Assembly: GCF_009914755.1 (NCBI RefSeq)
Contig: NC_060935.1
From: the human T2T-CHM13v2.0 reference genome, Homo sapiens
Direction: 5' to 3' (one strand)
DNA length: 64,000 nucleotides
The translations under genes were made by a program, and so were the position numbers. The notes under the pieces are model-generated. The model saw only the letters and a program-made list of their open reading frames with translations. It had not been told where the DNA came from and ran no database searches. Shown here piece by piece: positions 24,345 to 43,749 of the stretch. Within the stretch, counting starts at the first letter, position 1, and each line of letters starts with the position of its first letter.

Positions 24345-26509
24345 TAACATCCCTCTTTTACATTAACATTCCAAAACTAAATACATCTTAACTTCAAATC
24401 ATGTATCTGGTTCATATGACTCATATAGCAACACTAACAAGGTCACTTTAAATGCAACAAGAAGAGGAATAAAAGTTGGAGGAGGGTGGAAGAACCATTT
24501 GTAAATTAATGAGCATAAATTCATAATTTTTATCACAACAAACACCAATAAAGTCACTAGTTTATATCTATATTCACATATTTTGATATGAAAGGTAAAA
24601 TTACATTGAAACATATCTCTTATCTATTTTGAATATTATCTCATGGAGGTACCTGTAATCAGAAACACTCATTTCCAAGTATTCACCATTCATCATATTA
24701 ATCTAAGTCCTGGGTTTAAATAAACAAACAAATGAGGACAAGATCCTTAAGGAAACAATGAATACATTGAAATGCAATGTAGTCAGTACTGGCCTACAGG
24801 ACCTAACTGGTTATATGCCTACACTGCTGAGGACAATCTAACTCTTACTCAAGAGTCAAGGAAGACTTCCAGGTAGAGGCAATGCATTAGCTGAGAAAGC
24901 GCTGCAAGATTAAGCAGGAAGAGTAGTGAAAAGAAAATGAAGCCCTTAATGGAAATAAGTTATCAAGTAATATTTTTGGTACCAACAGAAAACTTAAAAC
25001 AGCAAGTATTGCTATGGAAAATTCAAAGCACTTTCTCTATGGAAGTTGATGTTAGATTACAAGGGGGATGGGTGGTGAGGAAACAAGTAGATGGAATATT
25101 TCACAGAAGCTGGCAGTTGTGAATTTTTCAAAAATAGAAAGAATAAGAAATCCATGCACGTGAACACATGAATACCCACTACAAATAGAACAGACACAGG
25201 GATACTGGGCAATTTCATTTCCGCTAAATGGAAAATCTGAAATAAATTGCAACTGTTGTTAGAAAACTTTTTATATATAATGTCAGTTTAATTTGTCCTA
25301 AAAACCGCAATTGGAAAGTACTCAGAGTTGGATACAAGTAAAATCTTGAGCTCAAGACCAAGTGCAAATGAAATCATTCTACCAGCTATACGCAGCAAGG
25401 AAAACTGATAGCAATAGCTTTCTAAAAACCCTGAATGCTCTGGAGGATCCAAACCTAAAGCAGAGAAGGTGTGCTGCAGTTATCATAGTTAACTTGGTTA
25501 CTAAAATCTGAGAAACATAAAATCCAAGAATGATATTAAAACACAAACTTTAATCATTCACATATCTCTAACATAATTTCCAATGTAAATTAATTTCATT
25601 TACTTTTAAAAATAGGTTGTTTTTTAATAAAACAATCACAATATCCAATAAAAATTTTGCAGATAAGGCAACAACTCCTGTAGGATAAATAATATTTTTA
25701 GATGTTCACCTTGCTCTTCTTTTCGGTTATTCAGTGTTTAATAACTCAATTATCTTGATATGTTGGAGTAGTATCTAAAGAAAGGTATCTAGTTTTCAAT
25801 CACATTGCTTTATATTGTGTAGTGCCCCAGACTAACTCGTGTTTACCATTCATATGGCAAAATCCAGCATGTTATCTGCAAAGAACGTTTTAGTTGCCTA
25901 CATAGATTTTTGATAAGAGCAATGGGAAACTGAATATGTGCAATATGGACAGATAGTAACAAGGACTTTTACTGTTCCCTTCAGTGGAAGCTTCTTGGTC
26001 AAATGGTAGCTAATTAATATTATATTCATATATAAGACATCTTTTCTTTACCAGTATACTTTTCTAATCATAAATAACCAATAAATTCAACATAGGTCTC
26101 AAATATTTTAAAAGTATAATTTCTATAGCCATATTACTGTGATTTGTGAAAAACATAATCAGCATATTGCATATTTAAAATTTAGTCTTTTGGGACAAGA
26201 TTATAACTCTCTTTTTTAAGGGGATGAGTGATTTGGGACAGGGCCATGATGTGGGTAAATGTTGTAAACCTGTGTTTTTTTTTTTAATTGGCTCCATTAT
26301 TCATTATAACACTCATGTTTTTGCCAAAGTTCAGTTTTACATGTGGAAAACAGATGGTCCTGTCACACTTAGGATTTTGTTATTGTTGTTGCCTTATGCC
26401 TTGTAATATAAAAAATGGGCCCATGTGTCTTCCATCTTACTGAAAGATATAGACAGGTTTAAAACATGATTTGTAAGACAGTAGCAAACATTGTGTTCAT
26501 GGGATTGTT

Positions 26510-28110
<1,601 letters not shown>

Positions 28111-28494
28111 CAATGCGATATTTTATTAAATTTAGCATTATATTCAGTCTCCAAATCATATAATTTTAAATTTAAACTATGAATACATGCTAATATACCT
28201 CATATACTTTGTTCTTTCTCAGAGTCAATCTTTTCCCAGAGTCACCAGTGAATGGATCAACCATAGAACCAAAATGAATGTGCGGGTCACTTATCTTCCA
28301 GCCAACTACTCTTTACACTCCCCACCAACTTATAAAACTGTTCTTATTCATCATTTTCCATATTACTAACTCTTATATTTTGAAATAACGCAATGCAATC
28401 ATGTTTATAGGAAATGTATATTCAATTCATGTAAAAAAGTACAACATTCACTCTTTAAATTCTTTTCTTTGTTAGTTGAAAAGCATTAAACACA

Positions 28495-28710
28495 CATAAT
28501 GGTGACTAAAATTAATAGTAATGCATGTTTAAAAATTACTAAAAAAAAATCCAAATGTTTTCACTACAATGAAATCAGTATGTGAGGTGATGGTTATGTT
28601 AATTAGCTTAATTTAATCATCCCACTATGAATACATGTATCATAACATCACAGTATACCCTGTAAACATATACAATTATTATTTGTAACCTATGATAAAA
28701 TAAAAATAAA
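28495..28710 (+). mobile_element. L1MA 3' end
   Basis: gtatgtgaggtgatggttatgttaattagcttaatttaatcat...aacatcacagtataccctgtaaacatatacaatt. Confidence 0.85.
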
Positions 28711-29209
28711 TTTACTTTTTGAAAAAATATACACATTTTAAAAATATAATTATTTTCTACTACATAGTAGACTTCTTTATTTCCATCAAGAATAATTGTA
28801 TGTTTTCTTTCCAAAGCATATCCATATTTTTGATTAGGGGATTCTAACTTTTACAATGCACCAACTATGTTACCATTCCAATACTTGTTCTTCTCCTTTT
28901 TTGTTAGAATTCTTTCATTATCATATTATTTTAATCCCACTTCATAACCTAGTCTCAAGTATTCCAGCCTAGAATGAAAGTTTCTGAAAAAGCAATATAC
29001 TATCAACTCTGCAAACATTGCTTCTGAGAAAAATACTGGCACTTTGAAACAAGGCAATGAGTTATTAAGAGAATAGATTCACTTGTCTCATAATGTATTT
29101 TCTCATCTAGAAGTAGCCAGCACTTACTGGTTGTGGAATGACCCATTAATACTATACTTCAGTTCCAACACAAACAGCTAAAGTATTCTTCTGCAGAACT
29201 CCGTGTATG

Positions 29210-29382
29210 AGTGGTTTTCAAAACTTGGCTACATATTGGAATTCTCTGGGGAGCTCTAAAACCACTGTTGTCTGGATCCTAGCCCATGATTCTGATTTAA
29301 TTGGGCTGAGGTGGGCCTAGGCATTGCAAGTATTAAAAGCTCTCAAGGTAATTTTAATGTTCAGTCAAATCTGAGAACAGCT
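29210..29382. mobile_element. MER5-type MITE
   Basis: agtggttttcaaaacttggctacatattggaattctctggggagct...gattctgatttaattgggctg...ctgagaacagct. Confidence 0.75.
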
Positions 29383-29469
29383 ACTTTGATATTCTTAACC
29401 AGTAGTTGTAGAATATGCAGTTTTTTCTTATAGACAATGTTTTTTCCTAAAAACAGTGTTCCTACAGAC

Positions 29470-30302
29470 ATATTTCTATGGTTGCTCTAACAAGTTACCA
29501 CAAAATTAGTGAATTTAAAAAGAGTATTTATTATCTTACAGCACGGTTGATCAGAAATCCTATGAGAATCTCACTGGCCTAAAATCAAGGTGCTAGTAGG
29601 CCTGCATTTCTTTCTGGAGGCTCAGTGGGAGAATTCGTTTTCTTGTTTACAACTTCTAAAGATGACCCACATTCCCTAGCTTAAGTCCTTCTTTTTCCAT
29701 CTTCAAAGCCAATGATAGACAGGAGAGGAAAGATGAGTCCTTCTCAGGCTGCCATCTCTCTTGTTTCTGTGGCCTACAAAGATTTTTTCATGCTTAGAAA
29801 TTTATGTGATCATATTGGACACACATGGATAATACAGCATATTTTTACCTTCTCAACATGCCTAATCTTAGTCGCACCTATAAAGTCCTGTTTGCCATTG
29901 AAAAAACATATTCAGGCCGGGCTCAGTGGTACACACCTGTAATCCCAGCACTTTGGGAGATCGAGGTGGGTGAATCATTTGAGGTCAGGAGTTTGAGACC
30001 AGCTTGGCCAACATGATGAAACCGTCTCTCCACTAAAAATGCAAAAATTAACCAGGCCTGGTGCCATGTGCCTATAATCCCAGCTACTTGGGAGGCTGAG
30101 GCAAGAGAATTGCCAGAGTCTGGGAGGCAGAGGTTGCAGTGAGCCCCGAGATTGTGCCACTGCACTCCAGCCGGGGCAACAGAACGAGACTCCACCTCAA
30201 AAAAAAAAAAAAAAGAAAAAGAAAAAAAAAAGAACATATTCAAATTCCTAGATTTGGAATGTGGAAATTGTTTGTGGGGGTGTAGTAATTCTGCCTGCTA
30301 TA
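29470..30302 (-). mobile_element. MLT1 (C/D-type) MaLR LTR, interrupted by an Alu
   Basis: gttgctctaacaagttaccacaaaattagtg...ttctggaggctcagtgggagaatt...ccatcttcaaagcca; resumes after the Alu to attctgcctgctata. Confidence 0.8.
29915..30232 (+). mobile_element. AluS
   Basis: Full dimer, A tail, TSD AACATATTCA (29905-29914, 30233-30242). Confidence 0.95.
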
Positions 30303-30823
30303 TTTCTAATGTGTGATTATGAAAATAAATTGGAGAAAGTTAGGTGGTATCTTTGATATTACTTCTATTGCTCTGCTTGAAATATGTTTATGTGTCTGTA
30401 ACTCAGTTTCATGCTTAAATGGCTTAGAGAAATATATCCAAAAGGGATGACAATCAATCCATGTTAAATTGATAGCTTAACTTGCTAACAATCTTTCCCG
30501 TTTTCCCTTTCCACTGAAGAGGCCTAAAGTCTGATTATAATGTTATAATTATAATCAATGTCATGTTCAATATAATGTTATATAATAATCAAGCCCATTC
30601 AAAAACCTGGACTTGATTATTTGACTTTAAGAATTTTAAAAATATTAGATTGTTTTCCTTAGGGAATGATTTGAATTGATTTTGTTGTTATACAAAAATA
30701 TTCAAATCATCTTGATAACTAAAGGGAAACTAGAGGATAACTAAAGATTTTTACTATAAGAATGGAGAAATATGGAAAGAAACAAAAACCATCTGAGGAA
30801 GAAGCTCATGAAAAATACCCAGT

Positions 30824-31147
30824 GGCCAGGTGTGGTGGCTCACACCTGTAATCCCAGCACTTTGGGAGGCCGAGGCGAGCGGATCACGAGGTCAGGAGAT
30901 CGAGGCCATCCTGGCTAACATGGTGAAACCCCATCTCCAATAAAAATACAAAAAATTAGCCGGGTGTAGTGGCAGGCGCCTGTAGTCCCAGCTACTCTAC
31001 TGGGGAGGCTGAGGCAGGAGAATGGCATGAACCCAGGAGGCGGAGCTTGCAGTGAGCCGAGATCGCGCCACTGCATTCCAGCCTGGGCGACAGAGCAAGA
31101 CTCCGTCTCAAAAAAAAAAAAAAAAAAAAAAAAAGAAAAAAGAAAAG
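30824..31147 (+). mobile_element. AluY
   Basis: gatcacgaggtcaggagatcg and gagaatggcatgaaccc...gcggagcttgc diagnostics; GAAAAATAC on both flanks. Confidence 0.93.
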
Positions 31148-33259
31148 AAAAATACTCACCCACCCCAGGAGAATCACCAAGAGCTCATTTCCTCAGTAAT
31201 TACAATTGAGGCATTCATCCAATAAAGCTCGTGAAAATCTATGTAACTGATTGAGTGCATAATAGAGAAGGAAAATCCTAAGTAACAAATATTACTAAAG
31301 GCCCATGACCATTTGCAGAAAGGAAAACTACACCATTCACCTGTTTTTCTTTTTATCAAATCTCATAACTGTGTGTGCATATACACATGCATAGTTTAAC
31401 TTTTCTTTTAATTATTTCCCCCATATTCACATATTTGTGTGCGTGTATTTAACTGTGATTAAATTAAACTTATAATTTATAGTATATATTAAACAATATT
31501 GAGGGAGAATAACAGAAATAAAGTATGGCTGTCATTCAGAAACCTGTGTTTGATTTTTTAGATTTATTGATTTTTGAGCATTAGATTGTTTTCCACAGGG
31601 AAAACTGAATGGGTTTTGTTGTTATTAAAAAAATCATCAAATTACATTGAGAGGACATTCTTAAGTAAATATGACAAGATGGACATGTATGTTGAGAAAG
31701 TCATTGTGTGGGCTGTAATGTAAATCTTTCATGCCATCAGTTATGTCTTCTAACAATGGAAAGCAGAGGCACCCCATACCTGTGCAATTAAAGTGATGGC
31801 ACATGATTCAAGCATATAAATAATACTTTACTCTCCAAATTTAAATCATATTGGAATAAAGTAAAAGTCAATGGTTGGTTAGAGATTATGTACAGCATGT
31901 AGCTGAGAGAAGAGAGGCACGGCTGAGGGTGTGTTGGGGATAAAGTGCAGCGATGTAGTAGCAAACACGTGGAGAGTACCCATGACATTTTCCTAATTGT
32001 CCAATACCCATGACCATTGTTCCCACCTACTCCTGAGTCTACAGTGTTCTTTTCAGCCATTAAATAATATACTTAACATCATTCTAATACATTCTTCATA
32101 TACTAGATTATTTAAAATTAGTTTGAGTAGTTAGCAACTATAAAATCTAACTTGTACAGATAACATCTTGCACTAAGATAGTAAATCCATGCAAGAATCC
32201 CAGTCTTATATTTTTGCACATTGTAAATACAAAGAAATGAAGTCAAAATTCAACTGAACCTGACAGAAAGGTGAGAAAATAGTTAAAAAGGGGGAAACAT
32301 ACTAAAAGCTGAGATTATAGGTGCAAATTCCCCAGATGTCAGTAAAAGAGCCATGCTGCAGTTTAAATAAAAATGGAATAAAGGAGGTTGCACCAAGTTA
32401 GCATTACCTACCACATGCTGAAAACGTTTAGAATGTCTTCGTACAAAAGTGAGTGGTAACTTGATGAATTATAATACAACTTGTATTACCACAGTGATGT
32501 CAGTTTATAGGGCTTGATCTAATAAGGGTTACCACAAGAATGTTCATAAAACTACTTATCCAAATGAAGCATTGTTGAGCATGTAAGGTGGCTCTATTAA
32601 TAATCACACTGTTGGAATTAAGCATAAACTAGAACTCTCTAAGGCAAACCAGAATGGAAGTCACCCTAGCTTTTCAATTCAGTAATTCATCAGAAGTATT
32701 TGGTGAATGCGTACTCTGTCTAAATTGCCATGGGATTTGCAAGGAAAAGTAACAGGCACCCACTATACTGAAGAAAAAAAAAAACACAGAAAAAACATAA
32801 TTTCTAACAGAAAGACCAAGGAAATGAACATCATACTAATTGAAATGGCAGAAAGTGATTAAAATTATTAAGAAAATTGAAATTAAAAAATGATTGAGGA
32901 ATAAAAAAGGGGGATAGCACATTCGAATGGCAAGAAATGAAATGCAGGAGGGGCTAGCTGACAAGATGAATAGATGAAATCATCTTTTAGGCCAGATTTT
33001 TAAAGAAGTTATTGTGCATTTTGGTCACTTTCTAGCTCTGCCTTCTACCAATTTTTGTATGTTGCCTTTAAAAATATAATTACATGAACATCAATGTGGA
33101 AAATTCACACAAGATATGCTTTCATATAATTTTTCACTTTTTAAACTTCACAGCATGCTGATCTCTCTGTATAGATTGCCTATATAATTCCTGAACAACT
33201 ATCAATTTTCTTACCAAGCATCATCAACTTGTAAAATTATTTTTAATATCTCCTTATAC

Positions 33260-33323
33260 AAGATCCAAAAACTGCAAACAATCCAAATATCCATCAGTGA
33301 ATGAATAATAAAGAATATGTGGT
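33260..33323 (+). mobile_element. L1M fragment, left half of the host of the full-length L1PA
   Basis: aaacaatccaaatatccatcagtgaatgaataataaagaatatgtggt continues at 40226. Confidence 0.7.
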
Positions 33324-34819
33324 TCTAGAGGACAAGATAGCCAACTAGACAGTCAGATGAAACAGCTCCCACCAAGGGACCAGATGACTGTTGTGCTCCT
33401 AACAGATATTCAGAGGTAACCTACCCAGAGTGGATGGAGAGAAGACAGAGAAGCTGAGCTGAAGGGGGAGGAAGCAGGGAATGCTGCATAGAGCTGATAT
33501 GCACTAGGACTCATTTCTAGCCCCCAGTGGGTTTAGGGGAACAGGTGAGTTGAACTGGCAAGGAACAATCTGTTCTCACCACAGGCCTCAGGAACCCCAG
33601 TAGGAGAAGTCCTCTCAACCACCAGGGACACTCACATTGGCAGGGAGAACTGCTTAGAGAAGTGGTAGCAGCACCAAGCCAGCTGATGTGGAGCCAAAAG
33701 AGTTTGGTGTGGGGGCATCCGTAGCAGAGCATGGCCAGGGATGGCTATTCCTCTAGGCTTTACTTTCTCCCATAGGAGACTTTAGCCCTAAGGGAACTGT
33801 CAAACCTGAAGTCTGCAAGGCAGTCTTGCCCACCAGAGGGGGCCAATCCAACCTGAGCACTCCTTGGTCTCCTTGCCTCTCCTGGTGCCCCAGTTTGGCC
33901 ACGCTTGCTTACAGGGCAATCTTGAGTGCCCTTGGAGCCTACACCATAGCTTCTGTGTTGGTGGACCATGCCTGACCAGTGGAGAGCTCCATGGGGGCAG
34001 TCCCAAAGGTCATGAATCAGCCTTCCCACTCCTTCCCCATACTGTACCTTCCCCCAGGCCCATGGCAACTCCTCACATTGTTTTGCTGACTCATTTCTGC
34101 ACAGGCAGGTTTTGCTTTCCTTGCCCAGCCAGCTCAAAGGAATGCAGTCCATGCCCCCTACTCCACCAACCACCATTGCAGAGTCTTGGTAGGCACAGAG
34201 CCAGCCAGCCTTGCGCTAACACTATGCAGAGAGCAGGGGATCCTCCCACACCCTGAGCAATCACTTCTTCTATCAGGGCATTTTGAAGGCACCCAGACCG
34301 GCAACCACCAGTGTGCCAACCCTGAGGCAACACCACCTCCAGCATGACCACGCACAAAGTTGCCAGCAAGGGTTCTCCTGCACACTCCCAGCTGCATTGC
34401 CTCTGCCACTGTGGTGAACACCCAGAGGCAGACACCCCAGTACCCACTAGCACTCTGCCAAGCTGCTGCTACAAAGACAAATCCTGCTGTCAGTGCCAAT
34501 AAAATGCTTTTGCTGATACCACCTATGAGAGTACAGTGACCAGCAGTTTGTGAGCACCTTGCCCCCTCTTCAAGAACAGTGGATTCCTAATCTCCAGGAG
34601 CCAGAGAACAAAGTTGAGGCCCAATACAAGTCCCCAGAGTTAGAGGCTGCAGTCCAGAAGTTGGGTGCTGAATGATGGCCCCCTAAAATCTTCCAGAAAT
34701 GAAGTAAGTTGACTGAATCCACCTTGCACCACAATCAGACCCTCCAGTTCATCAAATAGGGTAAAAGTTAAATAATCCAAACATCAGCAACCTGAAAATT
34801 GACAGCAGATAAACCCACA

Positions 34820-35800
34820 AAGACAAGAAAGAATTAGCACAAGAACCCTGAGAGTTCAAAAAGCTGTATTGCCTGCTTTCCTAAATGACTACAGCACCTC
34901 TCCAGCAAGTGTTCTGAACTAGGCCAAGATGGCTAAAATGACAGAAAAAAATTCAGAATATGGATAGGAATGAAGATCATTGGGCTACAGGAATAAATTA
35001 AAACCCAATCAAATGGCATTAAAAATCATGATAACACAATGAAGGAGTTGACAGACAAAACAGCCAGTGTGAAAAAAAACGTAACGTATGTGATAGAACT
35101 GAAGAACACACTACAATAATTTCACAATGCAATCACAAGTATTAATAACAGAATTGATCAAGTGGAGGAAAGAATCTCAGGTTATGAAGACTGGCTTAAT
35201 GAATAAGACAGTCAGACAAGAATATTAAATAAAAGAATGAAAAGAAATGAACAAAATCTCCAATAAATATGGGATTATGTAAAGAGATCACATCTACAAC
35301 TCATTGGTGTTCCTGAAAGAGATGGGGATAATGGACCCAATTTAGAAAACATATGATCTATTTGACGTCCCCAACCTAGTTGGAGAGGCCAACATTCAAA
35401 TTCAGGAAATACAGAGAAACTCAGTGAGATATTTCACAGGAAGATCATCTCCAAGATATGATCACCAGATTCTCCCAGATCAAAAGGAAAGAAAAATTGT
35501 AAAAGGAAGCTAGAGAGAAAAGTCAGGTCACCTACAAAAGGAAGCCCATTAGACTAACAGTGGACCTCTCAGCAGAAACCCTACAAGCCATAAGAGATTG
35601 GAGGTCAATATTTAATATTCTTAAAAAACATTTCAACTCAGAATTTCATATCTTGCCAAGCTAAGTTTCATAAGGAAGGAGAATCAAGATCCATTTCACA
35701 TAAGCAAATGCTGAGGGAATTCTTTACTAGCAAACCTGCCTTACAAGAGCTGAAGGAAGCACTAAGTATGGAAAGGAAAGACAATTCCCAGCCACTACAA
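34820..35800 (+). pseudogene. L1 ORF1 remnant, disrupted
   Basis: caagtggaggaaagaatctcag, tgggattatgtaaagaga, caggtcacctacaaaaggaagcccattagactaacagtggacctctcagcagaaaccctacaagcc; no intact ORF. Confidence 0.8.
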
Positions 35801-35879
35801 AAGTATGCTGAAGTACAGACCAGTGGCACTATAAAGCAACAACATAAACAAGCCTGTAAAATAACCAGCTAACACCATA

Positions 35880-39960
<4,081 letters not shown>

Positions 39961-40225
39961 CATGTTCTCATTTATTAGTGGGAGCTAAATGATGAGAATA
40001 CATGAACACATAGAGGGCAACAAAAGACATTGGGGCCTATCAGAGGTTGGAAGGCTAGGAAGAGGGAGAAAATTGGAAAAAATAACTAATGGGTACTAGG
40101 CTTAGTAAATGCATGATGAAATACTCTGTACAACAAACCCCCAAGACACACATTTACCTATATATCAAACCTGCACATGTATCTCTTAACTTAAAATGAA
40201 AGCTAAATTTAAAAAAAAATGTGGT

Positions 40226-40352
40226 ATATACAGGCAATGGGTTATTATTCAGTCTTAAAAAGGCAGGAAAATCTGACAAAGCTACATCATGAATGAACCT
40301 TAAAGACATTATGCTAAATGAAATAAGCCAAGCACAAAAGAACAAATATTGT
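40226..40352 (+). mobile_element. L1M fragment, right half of the host
   Basis: tattattcagtcttaaaaaggcaggaaaatctg...gaaccttaaagacattatgctaaatgaaataagcca. Confidence 0.8.
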
Positions 40353-41132
40353 TGATTACACTAGCACTTATGTGTTTTATTCCAGCTTATTTTGCACTTA
40401 CCTAGCACCTTCTACAAACCTGTTTCCTCATATATGTAACGATCAGGGTAAAGATGGAAGGTACATACACACACAAACTTCTGGTGGCTTCCAAACAGAT
40501 TGTAAAAGAAAGTACTCATTATGAACACTGGTTATCATTATGAATGAGAATATGCTACAAAGTATCAGTATTTATCAGAATGCATTGATAATGTATTTGT
40601 GGCAATCCTGTCAACATTTGCAAATCTATCTATATAGAAAAAATATGTTAAAGTTAAACATTTAAGAATAAGTGTTGCTCTCATATAGATCCCCAAAGAA
40701 AACTAGCTATAGAACAAATTGCATTTATTTATTGAAGTATATATCCTCATACTCATGCCCAGCAGGCTCAGTCAGCAGAACATGAGACTGTTAAAATATA
40801 TATACTTAAATCAATTACTATGAGCCATCCACTATTCTCTGCATTAAGGGTAAACTGGTAATGAAAAGAGAAGAAAGAAACACTTTTTTCAAAGAGCTTA
40901 TATATTATTGTAGTAGATAGATACTAAACAATACATGTGATAAATAAAAAAAGTCCATTGAAGTGACAAGAGCTCCAGATAAGTAAACACAATAGAGCAA
41001 AGTAAGGCAGATTGGAAGTCTTTTTCTTTCTTGAAAATGGGCAAAGAAAATTTTTTTTTTTAAATACTAGTACATCTTTAAATAGCCATCACGCTTGGCT
41101 ATTTAACCATTGCCTGACATAGCTAAGATGCA

Positions 41133-41278
41133 TGCTGAAAACAAGGAAATGGCCTTGGCCTTGTGTTTTGGGACCTGATGCTCACAAGTTCTATACCAAG
41201 TCCCTGTGCTGAAAACAAAGTGGGGTCGGGTTTGTGTTTTGGGACCTGATGCTCACAAGTTCTAATACCAAGTCCCTG
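41133..41278. repeat. Two-unit tandem duplication (74 + 72 bp)
   Basis: TGCTGAAAACAA-[variable]-TTGTGTTTTGGGACCTGATGCTCACAAGTTCTA(A)TACCAAGTCCCTG twice. Confidence 0.92.
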
Positions 41279-41599
41279 TATACTCCCTAATAATTGCAGT
41301 TATAAAACAATGGTGGTCAGATTTTTGAAGGAGATGACAGTTCATTGTATATTTGTCTGTTTTAAATTTGTGCCTATTCCATTTTAAGTTCTGGGTTTAT
41401 AGAATGTAAATTTAATGTATGAGATGTCACAGTCCTTTGAGCTGCTTGTCCACCTGCCTCAGTACCCAGATGAGACTACTGAGGCCTCGAGAGCCACTCA
41501 ACACATTTAGGTGCATGGCATCCTCTATCAAATTGAAAAACAAGGCTATGCACGCACCCATCCCTCTCAGTGTAACTCCCCAACTCACTGATAGATGAG

Positions 41600-41835
41600 T
41601 CAATTTGACAAAAGCCTCTCACTTACTGCATTAGTTGGACTCTCGGACCTTTAAAATCACCTATTTTCATATCCTCTGTACAAAAACAGCAAGATATATT
41701 AAGGGCATATTTGAAAAAGATTTTTAACTCCAAATTTCTAAAATTACATAAATTCAATATATGTGAAATAAACACGTGAAAATAACATCTAGTACCTGTC
41801 ATACAGTGAATATAACATTCATTTTGTTGTTATTA
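41600..41835 (+). mobile_element. MIR
   Basis: ctcacttactgca...tatgtgaaataaacac...agtacctgtcatacagtgaa; diverged. Confidence 0.5.
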
Positions 41836-43749
41836 TGATAATGAAGCATCAGCTACTTGGATGTAATATTTATGCAGACAGTTTTGGAAAAGAGAAGGTT
41901 TCTTTTTTTGTTTTTATTTCAAAGTTTCTTTCCTAATTATATGCAACTTAGCGTACTATCAATCCTTAATATATTCATCTTGGCTTGCAGGTTTATTGCC
42001 TGAAAATACAGTAATCATGTATTTGGAAAAACCATCTTAGGTCTAAAACATTTAGTATCTTGAAAAATGAAGGTCTTTTGTTTGTTTGTTTAGGTTTTGA
42101 AGCTTTTTAGGCTTTATGCCTTTAAAAAAAAAAAAAAGCTCACACATTTTATTTTATAGTGTCAGAGCTAAAAGTCCTATTAGTGACACTTGAAATTTTA
42201 TAGTAGCTGCCACTTGCCAGTGATCATTAAGTGAATAAAGCATCCATCAGTGATATGGAAATCAGCCCCATTTATAAATCATTCTGTACAATCTGTTACC
42301 AGAGGTGAGCTAAATGAGCATTTTAGGAACATCTATAAAAATTTAAGACCATGAGTAGGAATAATTTCTCAATCTATTTAGTAGTTGGTGGTGATAGTAG
42401 TCTTACAAGAAAAATATTGTCGATTTCTTATTTCATTTTGCACAGCATACTCTCTAAACAAGTATATTTCTGTTTGCATATGCTATGCCATTTACACAGA
42501 GTAAATTTTTACTCCTTAAACAGGCTACTTTTATGAGTGATAAAAGTGTTCACTTGGGGCTTAAAAATGCTGTGGTGCGTCTCTTCTATTTCTTTTGTTT
42601 CTCTATTTATGACTTCTTCTGCCCCATCCCTCATCACCAGTACCTCAGTTTCCTCATGTACTCTTAGTTTGCTTAGAATGTCCTTCCCTAGGCCTCAGAA
42701 ATTGCTGTTTACTTCTATTCCTAGATTATATTTTACAGAATTTTGAAATTAATCTCCTCATGCTTCTCTAGTCTGGATGATATCTAAATTTGCTGGATGA
42801 GAAAGACAGTTCCCTAACAGGAAGCCATTTGAAAGACATGACTCTAGGAAATAAAGCAATCCTGTTTAGCGAGTTTTCTGTTCTATCTCTTTGAAAACAC
42901 TCTTTGCCTTCATTTATAGGATGAAATATAAAATGGATGCACTTCAAAAGCTGCAACTGAGAAGTGAGAATGTGGTTACCTTAATTGAAAAAATACCTTT
43001 CAGCACTTCAAATAACTTCACATTTTCCACTAGATAAGTGGTGATTTTTGCAGCTACATCAACTACTAATTAAAGATAATTTTATAAACTGAAAACATCC
43101 AATATTTTATGACAATGATAAGGTAGGTATGTCGATCTACCTAGGAGAATCATTCACCGGAGGTAGAATTGAGTCCAATTTTAAATGCTACAGGGCCACT
43201 GATTTCAGTTCAATTTAATACAAAATTTGAACTGAAATTTTGCTCTGAAAGGTAGGTAATCTCTGTCACAGAAGATGATCCAGCTAAGCTAGGTAATCAC
43301 GTGGCAGGAATTTTTGTCCTGAGAATTCAAACATGAAATACATAGACCCCAGAAGTTTACAATTGTATTAACAAGTTGATTAACCGTCCAACTTGGTGGT
43401 TTGTGAAGAGGCTTATTATAGATGGTAAGGTTCGCTACCACTGAGGCATCAATGTCAATTTCAGTGTACCATCTCTTACTCATTCAATATCTATGCCCTC
43501 CACTATGTCTAACGTTATCAAGAGCTTAGCCAGTATTCAAATAGATGACATTTTTAAATGACTCAATTCCAATTCCATGTCAGTTTTGCTAAACTAATAG
43601 GTCATTTATTTTTTTTCATAAAGAGCCTTTCTGTCCTTCTTTTAGAAAATTGAGACGTAGTAGTGATTCTTCACAGTAATTAATCACAGGAAGCCCCTCA
43701 AGCCAAGGTGTCTGTAATAAATTACTGCCTCTTCATGAAGCCAGCTTCA

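Noticed and set aside
33517-34499. Cluster of overlapping 68-138 aa ORFs
   Set aside because: Fall in the GC-richer L1PA 5' UTR, where stop codons are scarce
41133-41278. Repeat-spacer-repeat look resembling a CRISPR array
   Set aside because: Primate DNA, only two units, cores of 13-16 nt and no cas genes; kept as a duplication finding
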